A DNA stretch of 61,899 nt, the filler included, from Deltaproteobacteria bacterium (lineage in GTDB: Bacteria; JAEEML01), in assembly GCA_016283195.1 (NCBI GenBank). It is 6 parts of 6 records of this genome, joined end to end, with 100 filler letters (N's around TTAATTAATTAA, not from the genome) between each part and the next. Parts side by side here need not be neighbours in the genome. Positions count along the whole stretch, not along the records: positions 1 to 21,267 come from JAEEML010000068.1; positions 21,368 to 27,646 come from JAEEML010000071.1; positions 27,747 to 41,823 come from JAEEML010000072.1; 3 more parts are not named here. One strand, 5' to 3'. Both the position numbers and the translations under genes were made by a program. Of the stretch, positions 19,335 through 28,515 are shown one piece after another. The notes under the pieces are model-generated. The model was not told the origin of the DNA. It searched no databases and saw nothing but the letters and a program-made list of their open reading frames with translations. Positions within the stretch are counted from its first letter, which is position 1, and each line of letters opens with the position of its first letter.

Positions 19335-20564
19335 ATGAACGACCAAAAAGTGTTTGAGACAGCTAAGAAGTACGAAAACGAAGTCTGCCAGTTCCTTCGG
19401 GACATCTGCGCCATCCCCAGCACCAGCTGCCACGAGCGCGATGTGGTGCTGCGCATCAAAGAGGAAATGAAAAAAGTGGGCTTTGATGAGGTCATCATCG
19501 ATCCCATGGGCAACATCATCGGCCGCATTGGCGATGGCCCGCGCGTTATTGCCATGGATTCACACATCGACTGTGTGGATGTTGGCTCCATGAGCGAGTG
19601 GAAACACGATCCCTTTAAAGGCAAACTGGAAAACGGCGTTATTTGGGGCAGAGGCGCAACCGACCAAAAAGGCGGCATGGCCGGCATGGTTTACGGCGTT
19701 AAAATTATTAAAGAACTTGGCCTTCTTAGCGATTATACACTTTATGTTGTCGGCTCCGTTCAGGAAGAGGATTGCGACGGCCTCTGCTGGCAATACATCT
19801 ACAACGAAGACATCGTGAAGAATAAACTCATCAAAATGCCGGAATGTGTGGTTATCACCGAGCCCACCAATTTGCAGATTTATCGCGGCCACCGCGGGCG
19901 CATGGAAATCACCGTCACCACTTACGGCGTTTCCTGCCACGGCTCCGCTCCCGAGCGCGGCAAAAATGCCGTTTATATGATGTCGAAAATCGCTCTCGGC
20001 GTGGAAAAGCTCAACGAAAAGCTGAAACATGACGACTTTTTGGGCAAAGGCACTGTTTGCGTCTCCTGCATTGAGTGCAAAACTCCCTCCTACTGCGCTG
20101 TGCCCGATGAATGTACCATCCACCTCGACCGCCGCCTCACCGCCGGCGAGACCGACGAAAGCGCGGTTAAAGAAGTTGATGATATGGTGAAAGAGCTCGG
20201 CTTTAAAGAGGGCGAATACAAGATTGAAATTTTGAATTACGCTGTGCCCAGCTACACCAATTTGGAATATCCTACCCGCAAATATTACCCCACTTGGGTT
20301 TTGCCGGAAGATCACCCGGTGAATAAAGCGGCTGTGGCCACCTTTAAAGGCCTCTTTAACGAAGAGCCGGTGGTTGATAAGTGGGTCTTCTCTACTAACG
20401 GCATTGCCACTATGGGTATGTTTGGTATCCCCACTGTGGGCTTTGGCCCGGCTAATGAAATTTACGCCCACACCGTGAACGACCAGTGCCCGGTGATGGA
20501 TTTGGTGAAGGCCGCGGCCTTCTATGCTCTCTTCCCAACAAAATTCTTGGCTGAGACCAAGTGA
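19335..20564 (+). CDS. ygeY: YgeY family M20 hydrolase
   Basis: DSHID, GRGATDQKGG, QEEDCDGLCW, GHRGRME, HGSAPERG; upstream of ygeW. Confidence 0.88.
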   Translation: MNDQKVFETAKKYENEVCQFLRDICAIPSTSCHERDVVLRIKEEMKKVGFDEVIIDPMGNIIGRIGDGPRVIAMDSHIDCVDVGSMSEWKHDPFKGKLENGVIWGRGATDQKGGMAGMVYGVKIIKELGLLSDYTLYVVGSVQEEDCDGLCWQYIYNEDIVKNKLIKMPECVVITEPTNLQIYRGHRGRMEITVTTYGVSCHGSAPERGKNAVYMMSKIALGVEKLNEKLKHDDFLGKGTVCVSCIECKTPSYCAVPDECTIHLDRRLTAGETDESAVKEVDDMVKELGFKEGEYKIEILNYAVPSYTNLEYPTRKYYPTWVLPEDHPVNKAAVATFKGLFNEEPVVDKWVFSTNGIATMGMFGIPTVGFGPANEIYAHTVNDQCPVMDLVKAAAFYALFPTKFLAETK

Positions 20565-20599
20565 TTATTTTTAATTACAAACTAAAGGAGTAACAAACT

Positions 20600-21267
20600 A
20601 TGTGTGATTGTGGTGGTATTGACGAGAATCTGGAATCTTTGGGTCAACTCGACTTTAATATGTACAATAAAGATTTCCTGCGCACCTGGGATAAATCTGA
20701 TGACGACCTTTTGGCCGTTTTGAACGTCGCTGATGCTCTTGAGCAACTGCGTAAAGACAACATCGATACCCGCGTATTTTCTAGCGGCCTCGCTGTTTCG
20801 CAGTTCCGTGATAATTCAACGCGCACCCGCTTCTCTTTTGCCTCTGCTGCCAACCTGCTCGGTATGGCCGTGCAAGACCTTGATGAAGGCAAATCGCAGA
20901 TTTCTCATGGCGAAACCGTGCGCGAAACTGCCAACATGATCTCCTTTTTGACCGATGCCATCGGTATCCGCGATGATATGTACATTGGCCGCGGCCACAA
21001 ATATCAAAAAGATGTGGCCGATGCTCTCGATGAGGGCTTTAAAGCCGGTATTTTGCCGCAGCGCCCGGCCGTCATCAACTTGCAATGCGACGAAGATCAC
21101 CCCACTCAGTCCATGGCCGATCTTTTGCACCTCGCTAACTATTTTGGCGGCGTGGAAGGCTTAAAAGGCCGCAAAATCGCCATGACCTGGGCCTATAGCC
21201 CCTCTTACGGCAAGCCGCTCTCCGTGCCCCAGGGCATCATCACTTTGATGACCCGCTTTGGTATGGA
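20600..21267 (+). CDS. ygeW: Knotted carbamoyltransferase YgeW (3' truncated by gap)
   Basis: FRDNSTRTRFSF, HPTQSMAD, WAYSPSYGKPLSVPQG. Confidence 0.9.
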
Positions 21268-21367
21268 NNNNNNNNNNNNNNNNNNNNNNNNNNNNNNNNN
21301 NNNNNNNNNNNTTAATTAATTAANNNNNNNNNNNNNNNNNNNNNNNNNNNNNNNNNNNNNNNNNNNN
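21268..21367. other. Artificial contig linker
   Basis: N run around TTAATTAATTAA (stops in six frames). Confidence 0.98.
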
Positions 21368-21442
21368 GGCTCCTGAAGAGGGACTTGAACCCCCGACCTA
21401 GTGATTAACAGTCACCCGCTCTACCGACTGAGCTATTCAGGA
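21368..21442 (-). tRNA. tRNA-Asn(GTT), copy 1 (last base lost in gap)
   Basis: Cloverleaf TCCTGAATAGCTCAG...GTGACT-GTT-AATCAC...GTTCAAGTC. Confidence 0.95.
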
Positions 21443-21470
21443 TAACTCGGTATATCGGCTTAAAAAAAAA

Positions 21471-21546
21471 TGGCTCCTGAAGAGGGACTTGAACCCCCGA
21501 CCTAGTGATTAACAGTCACCCGCTCTACCGACTGAGCTATTCAGGA
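21471..21546 (-). tRNA. tRNA-Asn(GTT), copy 2
   Basis: Identical 76-nt cloverleaf ending in CCA. Confidence 0.97.
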
Positions 21547-21658
21547 GCAGCCGATATGGCAAGCCTTTTATATAGCTTTTGAAATATTGTCAAGAAAAAA
21601 ATTTCATTGTATAAGACGAAAGTCACGGGTGAGTTTACCCAAGTAAGGAATTGCAAAG

Positions 21659-22924
21659 ATGGAATGTGAAATTGCCGCTCGTTCTGATGTTGGTAGAGTT
21701 AGAAAAAATAACGAAGATGCCTTTTTATCGCGCCCGGAACTGGGGTTGTTTGTGGTTTGCGACGGCATGGGCGGCCATGCTGCCGGTGAAGTTGCCTCCA
21801 ATAAGACCTGTGAAGTAATCGGTAATGAAATGGCAAAGCATGAAAAGCTGCGCCAACATTTTATTGAAACAGGCTCTGCCGAAGATGGCCATGAATTGCA
21901 AAAAGCCATGGAACAAGCCATTCAACTGGCCAGCAAAACCGTCTTTAAAATGGCCGAACGCAATCCGGAGCAACAAGGCATGGGCACAACTTGCAGTGCC
22001 CTGATGATTGCCGGCAACAAAGCCATTTACGGCCATGTCGGTGATAGCCGCATTTTTATGTTCCGCGACGGCCAGATTCACCAAATTTCCGAAGACCACA
22101 CTTATGTCAATGAGCTGGTAAAACGGGGCATCATCACCAAGGAAGAGGCTGTAAATCACCCGCAAGGCAATGTTCTCGCGCGGGCCGTCGGCGTACAGCC
22201 CTCGGTGGTGGTTGATACTTTGGTGTTTGATATCGGCAATGGCGATTATTTTCTCCTCTGCAGTGATGGCTTGCATAACTATTACAAAGATATAAATGAG
22301 CTTACCGGCCTTGTGAACGAAAATCTCGAGCCGGCACTGAACAATATAATCGACACCGCCTTAAACCGCGGGGGCCACGACAACTGCACCGGTATTCTCC
22401 TGCATCTTAAAGCCCCGGAAAAAACCGGCTTTATCAATGTGTCAAAGCGCCTCTCAATTTTAAAGAACATTCCGCTCTTTAATCACCTTAACTATGGTGA
22501 ATTATTAAAAGTTCTCGGAACAACACAAATGCGTCAGGTGGAGGCCGGCACCGATGTCATCATCGAAGGCACCCAGGGAACCGAGCTTTTTGTGCTCCTC
22601 TCCGGCGAAGTAGATGTTATTGTCGGCGGGCAGACTGTCGGCCACTTAACCGCCGGTAATCACTTCGGCGAAATGGCCCTTATTGATAAAGCTCCGCGTT
22701 CCGCCACCATCAGGACAACCGTTAAAAGCAATATTTTAGCCATGAAACGGCGCGACTTCTTTATGCTCATCCATGACGAACCGGCCATTGCCACCAAACT
22801 TTTGTGGAGCTTTGTCCAAGTTCTCTCCGGACGTTTGCGCACCACAAACAAAGAGTTGCAGCAAACTAAAAATCAACTTGTAGTAATGGACGAGCTGGAT
22901 GTGCTCTTTGAAGATGAGGAATAA
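21659..22924 (+). CDS. PP2C Ser/Thr phosphatase fused to a cNMP-binding domain
   Basis: SDVGRVRKNNED, CDGMGGH, GHVGDSR, CSDGL, GGHDN; C-terminal FGEMALI...RSAT. Confidence 0.92.
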   Translation: MECEIAARSDVGRVRKNNEDAFLSRPELGLFVVCDGMGGHAAGEVASNKTCEVIGNEMAKHEKLRQHFIETGSAEDGHELQKAMEQAIQLASKTVFKMAERNPEQQGMGTTCSALMIAGNKAIYGHVGDSRIFMFRDGQIHQISEDHTYVNELVKRGIITKEEAVNHPQGNVLARAVGVQPSVVVDTLVFDIGNGDYFLLCSDGLHNYYKDINELTGLVNENLEPALNNIIDTALNRGGHDNCTGILLHLKAPEKTGFINVSKRLSILKNIPLFNHLNYGELLKVLGTTQMRQVEAGTDVIIEGTQGTELFVLLSGEVDVIVGGQTVGHLTAGNHFGEMALIDKAPRSATIRTTVKSNILAMKRRDFFMLIHDEPAIATKLLWSFVQVLSGRLRTTNKELQQTKNQLVVMDELDVLFEDEE

Positions 22925-22929
22925 GCGCA

Positions 22930-23829
22930 ATGAGCCCAAGCTCAATGAATGATTCTAAAACTATAGTAACTTCTTCGGATGTGGGGCGCCCGGCTCGCTT
23001 TAAGCAGGCCGAAGCCTGTTTGGTGGAAATATACGGCCAGGATCTCGGCAAAAGATTTACTTTTGCCAGCAATACCATCGTCATAGGGCGCGATGAATCG
23101 TGTGATATTGTTTTGGCTCAGGATAATGTCTCGCGCTATCATGCCAAGCTCATTCTTTTTCACGATGACACAGTTGAGGTTGAAGACCTAAAATCAACCA
23201 ACGGCACATTTGTTAATGATGAAGATCTTTTAGTCCCAAAAACTTTGCAAAATGGCGATCTTATCCGCGTTGGTTCCACTATTTTCAAGTATATCAGCGG
23301 CTCAAATATCGAAGCCGGCTACTATGAAGAAATCTACCGCATGACCATCATCGACGGACTCACCGGCATTTATAACAAGCGCTATTTTATGGAATCGCTA
23401 ACCAAAGAAATCGGGCGCTCGCAACGTTATGAACGGCCTCTGGCTCTCATCATGATGGATATAGACCACTTTAAAAAGGTCAATGACAACTTTGGCCATA
23501 TAGCCGGTGATTTTGTCCTGCGCAATATGTGCCAAACCATCAATAAATTTGTGCGCCAGGAAGAGGTTTTCGCCCGCTATGGCGGCGAAGAATTTGCCAT
23601 TATGCTACCGGAGCGCACCATTGAAAAAGCGGCGATTTTTGCCGAAAAAGTGCGCAAGCAAGTAGAAGCGGCAAAATTTACTTTTGAAGGCCAGGAACTT
23701 CCGGTCACCATTTCCATCGGCGTAGCCCAGCTAAAAGATGAAAAAACACCGGAAGATTTTATCGCCGCCGCCGACAGCTTTTTGTATCAAGCTAAAAACA
23801 ACGGGCGCAACCAAGTACAACACGCCTGA
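22930..23829 (+). CDS. FHA-GGDEF diguanylate cyclase
   Basis: IGR, VSRYHA, STNGTFVN (FHA); DIDHFKKVND, RYGGEEF. Confidence 0.92.
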   Translation: MSPSSMNDSKTIVTSSDVGRPARFKQAEACLVEIYGQDLGKRFTFASNTIVIGRDESCDIVLAQDNVSRYHAKLILFHDDTVEVEDLKSTNGTFVNDEDLLVPKTLQNGDLIRVGSTIFKYISGSNIEAGYYEEIYRMTIIDGLTGIYNKRYFMESLTKEIGRSQRYERPLALIMMDIDHFKKVNDNFGHIAGDFVLRNMCQTINKFVRQEEVFARYGGEEFAIMLPERTIEKAAIFAEKVRKQVEAAKFTFEGQELPVTISIGVAQLKDEKTPEDFIAAADSFLYQAKNNGRNQVQHA

Positions 23830-23840
23830 ACTTATTTTCG

Positions 23841-24281
23841 ATGAATATTCACGAGAGCCACAAAAATACCGGCGAGGAAGAGGCTAAAAACACCTGCTCG
23901 CCGCAAATTATCCGGGCGGCTTTTCATCCTAGGCACCGTTTTGAGCTTTTATCGGCTACTGCCCTTAGCAGCCTAACCGGCGATTGTGGTGATGAAACAA
24001 ATATCTATTTGAAAATAGAGGATAATATTATTACTGACGCCTCTTTTACCACCAGCGGTTGCTTTGGCCAGGTGGCGGCGGCGGAAATGGCTGTGAATAT
24101 GGCCATTGGCAAAAGTGTGGCCGAGGCTTTTGCCATCAGCGCCGAAGAAATAGATGAAGAACTTGGGCACTTACCGCCGGAATTATACCATTGCTGCGAA
24201 GATTCGGCCACCCTGCTCTCCCTGGCTCTCCGCGACTATTTGAGCCAAAAAAGTGCCCCCTGGAAACGCATTTACGGCTAG
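23841..24281 (+). CDS. NifU/IscU N-terminal domain protein
   Basis: GDCGD, SGC, HCC Cys motifs. Confidence 0.8.
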   Translation: MNIHESHKNTGEEEAKNTCSPQIIRAAFHPRHRFELLSATALSSLTGDCGDETNIYLKIEDNIITDASFTTSGCFGQVAAAEMAVNMAIGKSVAEAFAISAEEIDEELGHLPPELYHCCEDSATLLSLALRDYLSQKSAPWKRIYG

Positions 24282-24305
24282 CAATCTAAGTTAACAGGCG
24301 GTAAA

Positions 24306-25538
24306 TCACGGTTCAAATGCCGGAGCACCATCGGAAGGCGGACAAACCCATTTAATATCCAGGTTTATTTGCAAAACAAAAAAAGCCAGCCAGTTATCAA
24401 TATTCTGCCGCTGTTGCCGCGCTCTGTCGTTTTGAGTAACTAGGTATTCTTCTGTTACGCGCTGCAAATTAACCAAGCCGCTGACTGCCGTTTTCATGCG
24501 GTCGTGGAGCCACTTTTGCTGCGAAGTAGCCGGCATGGCGCTGTAAATAGAGCGCTTAAGTTCCAAAAGCACCGGGGTGAGCGGAGTAATTTTTTTACGC
24601 CCATATTGGCGGGTTTCACGGCTACGCTCTTCATGGCTCATGCGTTTCATAGAATTTGTTCTTATCCACACATCAACTAACATGCCGGTTTCATTAGACA
24701 TATTGCGTAAATCTATATAAAAAAGCTCCATTTGCCGGCAAAAACTGTGGCCGATTTGATACTCGCGATAGCGGGTAAACTCCTGAAATTCACGCTCATA
24801 ACGGCCAAGGTAATTAGCGAGGTATTCATTATGATTTTTAATGGCTTCCGCGGCCTCCGGAGTTTCTGGGAAACGCACTGTAAGCAAGCGGTAATAGAGA
24901 TCAAACGGCATGGGATTACCTTTTTGAGGTGCACCGATCTTTTCAGGATTTTTTAACATTTCCAGCAAGATAGGCGGCAGGCGCTTAGCAGCCTCCAGGC
25001 CATTTTTAGATGAGGGATAAGTGCTCACCAGCTCGATCAAATCATCAAGGCGCCCATCTTTTAACAGCTGTTGCTGGGTATATTCGTTTTGCAAAGCCTG
25101 GGCAAATTCCAAGAGTTCATAAGCGCCGTCCTGCTCACTTAAAGCCAAACAACGCGACAAAGCCTGCCCGCCCTTTTCCAAATTATGATCCTCAAGCCAG
25201 GCCTGCGCGAGCAGGCAGTAAGCCTCTGCGGCGGTGGGAAACATTTCCGTAAGCCGCTGCAAAGTAAGCGCCGCTTGGGTGAGTTTTTGCTTCTTAGCCA
25301 ATTTTACAGCCCAAATTTTGTGATACTCATATTGCAAAGTGTGCAAGCTATTTTGCTCATTGCTATCGGGCGGAACATGCTTTTCGGCTTCATCCAACAG
25401 GAGAATTGCTTTTTGATAATCTCCGGCTGCAGCCATTTTACGCGCTTCGGCCACTCCGGAAACAAAGGCATCGCGCTCACAAGCCGAAAAGAGCGGCAGG
25501 AAAGCCAAAAGAAAAACTAATTTACCAAACTGCTTCAT
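24306..25538 (-). CDS. TPR-containing lipoprotein
   Basis: FSAC lipobox, TPR-like helices. Confidence 0.65.
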   Translation of the reverse strand: MKQFGKLVFLLAFLPLFSACERDAFVSGVAEARKMAAAGDYQKAILLLDEAEKHVPPDSNEQNSLHTLQYEYHKIWAVKLAKKQKLTQAALTLQRLTEMFPTAAEAYCLLAQAWLEDHNLEKGGQALSRCLALSEQDGAYELLEFAQALQNEYTQQQLLKDGRLDDLIELVSTYPSSKNGLEAAKRLPPILLEMLKNPEKIGAPQKGNPMPFDLYYRLLTVRFPETPEAAEAIKNHNEYLANYLGRYEREFQEFTRYREYQIGHSFCRQMELFYIDLRNMSNETGMLVDVWIRTNSMKRMSHEERSRETRQYGRKKITPLTPVLLELKRSIYSAMPATSQQKWLHDRMKTAVSGLVNLQRVTEEYLVTQNDRARQQRQNIDNWLAFFVLQINLDIKWVCPPSDGAPAFEP

Positions 25539-25957
25539 AGATGTTGCTCCAAACTAAAAGCCACCATCAGCTCACCTTTTACCCGCTGAAACAATTTATT
25601 TACAGCATTATTTTGCAAAGGAGACACATTAGCAGCGTTATACCGCATTATTACACAATTTTTTAGCAAATATCAGCAAAGTGCAATTTATGCATTTTTA
25701 TTCTGTACAATTTGCTCATCATGGTATAGGGTGGCCTCCGCTGGTGGGGGTATTAACCCGCACTTTTTATAAAAGTGTTAGAAATAGCTTAAGAGGCTTT
25801 CTAACTCCGAGATTTAGCTTAGATATTTACATAGAGCCTTTTGCCTCTATTTGGATATTGACATCTTCTCCGCTATATTGCCTGCAGCAGCAGAAGCGCC
25901 GGATCTCATCTTGTTATTAGCTATCTTACCTATTTTCAAGCACTATGGAGGTATCAG

Positions 25958-27520
25958 GTGACTATCGGAATGACTGTGCTTATCGCCGTTATCGCCGCGG
26001 CGGTTGGCGCCCTGGGAGGTTTTTTTGGTTTTAGAGGATGGGATGCCATACGCAACGGCTCTTTACAGGAACGCAAAGAGACTATGCGCCGCGAAGCCGA
26101 ACTTGAGCGCGACAATCTGCTCAAAGAGGCCGAAGCCAAGGCCAAAGAACAGGCTTTAAATGCGCGCAACGAATTTGAGCGCGAGGCGCGGAAACGCCGC
26201 GAAGAATACACTAAAAACGATAAGCGCATCCGCCAAAAAGAAGTTACAATCGACAAGAAAAACGAGCAGTTGGAGCACAAGGAGCAGGAGCTTAAAAAGA
26301 AAGAACAGGCTCTTAGCGTGCGCGAAAGCAAAATAGAAAAAGACGAACAGACCATCAGTTTTATGACCGACCAGGTACAAAACAAACTTGAAGAGGTCTC
26401 CGGTCTTTCCCGCGAGGAGGCACGGCGCCGCTTAATGGCCAATTTGGAAGAATCGGCGCGCATTGAAGCCGCCAAATCCATCCGCCTCATCGAAAAAGAG
26501 GCAGCCGAAGAAGCGCATCAGCGGGCCCACATGGTTATTGCCTCGGCTATGCAGCGTCTCGCCGGCGAATATGTGGCCGAAAAAACAGTGAGCGTCGTTG
26601 ACCTGCCCTCCGATGAAATGAAGGGGCGCATTATCGGCCGCGAAGGCCGCAATATCCGAGCTCTGGAAGCGGCCACCGGCGTGGATATTATCATTGATGA
26701 CACTCCGGAAGCGGTTATTCTCTCCTGCTTTAACCCCATCCGCCGCGAGATTGGTAAGCTCTCCTTAGAACGGCTCATCAGCGACGGGCGTATTCACCCG
26801 GCGCGCATTGAAGAGGTGGTGCAAAAAGTCACTTCGGAAATGGCGCTCAATATCCAAAAAGCCGGCGAGCAGGCCACTTTTGAACTGGGCCTCCACGGTT
26901 TGCACCCGGAAATTGTGAAACATATCGGCAAGTTAAAATATCGTGTTACCGATGGGCAAAACCAATTGCAACACGCCATCGAAACGGGCTTCATCGCCGG
27001 TATGCTGGCTGCAGAACTCGGCCTTAAAGTCAAATTTGCCCGCCGGGCCGGCCTCTTGCACGATATCGGCAAAGCCGTTGACCAGGAAATTGAGGGCCCG
27101 CATTATGCCGTGGGTGCCGAGCTTTTGAAGCGCTACGGCGAGCGGCCGGAAATTGTCCACGCTGTGCGCTGCCACCATGAGGCGCTGGAATACAGCTCGC
27201 CCCTCGATGTCATTGTGCAGGCGGCCGATGAACTCAGCAAAAATCGCCCGGGGGCCAAAAAAGAGGCTATTGATACCTATATCCGCCGCCTGGAAGATGT
27301 GGAAAAGGTGGCTTCCGGCTTTGCCGGCGTCAACAAGAGTTACGCCATTCAGGCCGGCCGCGAAGTGCGCGTCATGGTTGATTTCAACGAAATCGACGAC
27401 GACAAAATGTTTATTATTTGCAAGGATATAGCCAAAAAGATTGAAGAAGATCTCACCTATCCCGGGCAAATCAGAATCACTGTTATCCGCGAATCAAGAG
27501 CTATAGAACTTGCCAAGTAA
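25958..27520 (+). CDS. rny: Ribonuclease Y
   Basis: N-terminal TM, coiled coil, KH (MKGRIIGREGRNIR), HD (LLHDIGK), AIQAGRE. Confidence 0.96.
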   Translation: MTIGMTVLIAVIAAAVGALGGFFGFRGWDAIRNGSLQERKETMRREAELERDNLLKEAEAKAKEQALNARNEFEREARKRREEYTKNDKRIRQKEVTIDKKNEQLEHKEQELKKKEQALSVRESKIEKDEQTISFMTDQVQNKLEEVSGLSREEARRRLMANLEESARIEAAKSIRLIEKEAAEEAHQRAHMVIASAMQRLAGEYVAEKTVSVVDLPSDEMKGRIIGREGRNIRALEAATGVDIIIDDTPEAVILSCFNPIRREIGKLSLERLISDGRIHPARIEEVVQKVTSEMALNIQKAGEQATFELGLHGLHPEIVKHIGKLKYRVTDGQNQLQHAIETGFIAGMLAAELGLKVKFARRAGLLHDIGKAVDQEIEGPHYAVGAELLKRYGERPEIVHAVRCHHEALEYSSPLDVIVQAADELSKNRPGAKKEAIDTYIRRLEDVEKVASGFAGVNKSYAIQAGREVRVMVDFNEIDDDKMFIICKDIAKKIEEDLTYPGQIRITVIRESRAIELAK

Positions 27521-27528
27521 GGGTGCTC

Positions 27529-27646
27529 ATGCCTGGTTTTTATCATGTCATTCCCGTATGGCCCTTTGGCGCAAATTGCACCATTTTGCACGATGCGGAT
27601 TCCCGGCGGGCCATGGTGGTTGACCCGGGCGGCGACGCTCCCTTAA
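27529..27646 (+). CDS. MBL-fold hydrolase, N-terminal fragment (truncated by gap)
   Basis: Hand translation MPGFYHVIPVWPFGANCTIL...AMVVDPGGDA. Confidence 0.7.
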
Positions 27647-27746
27647 NNNNNNNNNNNNNNNNNNNNNNNNNNNNNNNNNNNNNNNNNNNNTTAATTAATT
27701 AANNNNNNNNNNNNNNNNNNNNNNNNNNNNNNNNNNNNNNNNNNNN
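27647..27746. other. Artificial contig linker
   Basis: N run around TTAATTAATTAA. Confidence 0.98.
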
Positions 27747-28318
27747 CCGGCGATTATGCCCTTCTGCATGGCTTCCGGCCCACTCTGGGTTATAGCGTAA
27801 GGGTCGCGCAAAATGGCGGCCATAAAGTCAAAAAGGCGCTCCTCGCCTTTAAGCACCTCTTGCAACATGGGCAAAAGCAAAGAAACATCCACAGAATTAA
27901 AATAATCGTGAATATCCAGCTTCAGGGCATACATGGCATTTATGCGCGGGCGGCGCACTAAATAGCGCAGCGCATCTTTGGCACTCTTGCCACTGATAAA
28001 AGAATAGAGATTTTTGGCAAAAAGGCTGTCGTAGCGGTGGAGAGCATGGCCGTAAAAGCGCAAGAGTTCATTTTCGGCCTGGGGAAAAGCAAAAACCGCC
28101 CGTTTGCGATCGGTGCCCTTTTTGTTTAAAAGAATCCTTTGCGGGTGCGGGAAAGAAAGCCCGGCCGCTAAATTTTCTAAAATGGGTAGATATTGCTTTT
28201 CGTCAATAAACTTGCGTAGATAGTGCTCTTCGCGCTTGGTGAGATGGCCACTTTCCAGCACTCCGGCATAATATTCTTCCCAGGCCTCCGCGCCAAATGC
28301 TCTGCCATATATGTCCAT
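27747..28318 (-). CDS. Reverse transcriptase, N-terminal part (3' truncated by gap)
   Basis: K..TDRKR (RT1), NLYSF (RT2), LKLDIHDYFNSV (motif A), KGIIAG at the motif B position; YxDD lies beyond the gap; GGAG RBS. Confidence 0.85.
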
Positions 28319-28336
28319 CTATACTCCAAATTGCGC

Positions 28337-28371
28337 AAAAAAAGCAAAAGCCCGTGCCAGGCACGAGCTTT
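28337..28371 (-). terminator. Intrinsic terminator between the candidate ncRNA and the RT start
   Basis: AAAGCTCGTGC-CTG-GCACGGGCTTT then TGCTTTTTTT on the minus strand. Confidence 0.7.
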
Positions 28372-28377
28372 CACTTT

Positions 28378-28500
28378 AAGCAGCGGAAATATTTAAAAGT
28401 TTTCCGATATTCGGAAACCTGTACCGGGTGATACTCAATAGGCCACATGCACGGCCCGCCTTGTCGGCGCTAAGTATTCAGCTGCCCCCTTTGCATGTGC
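28378..28500 (-). ncRNA. Candidate RT-associated structured ncRNA
   Basis: Hand-folded nested stems, three hairpins and an 8-nt pseudoknot-type complementarity, directly upstream of the RT. Confidence 0.55.
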
Positions 28501-28515
28501 ATAAGCATCCGCCGC

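Noticed and set aside
19560-20471. Long antisense ORFs (also 8225-9136, 52924-53667, 47094-47735)
   Set aside because: Shadows of well-supported genes on the opposite strand, with no motifs.
21268-21367. TTAATTAATTAA flanked by N runs, five times in the window
   Set aside because: Artificial six-frame-stop contig linker, not a biological repeat.
25539-25957. 6S RNA or the 79-aa ORF upstream of rny
   Set aside because: No long imperfect hairpin seen; it looks like AT-rich divergent promoter DNA.
25958-28318. Apparent rny-RT neighbourhood
   Set aside because: Separated by a linker, so on different contigs.
27747-28515. Calling the RT a retron, DGR or group II intron
   Set aside because: No NAxxH, no GLPIG or G.PQG, no avd or template repeat, and the 197-nt upstream space is too short for intron domains I-III. 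The TTAGC after a stem recalls a retron branch point, but the enclosed region is too short for msr-msd.
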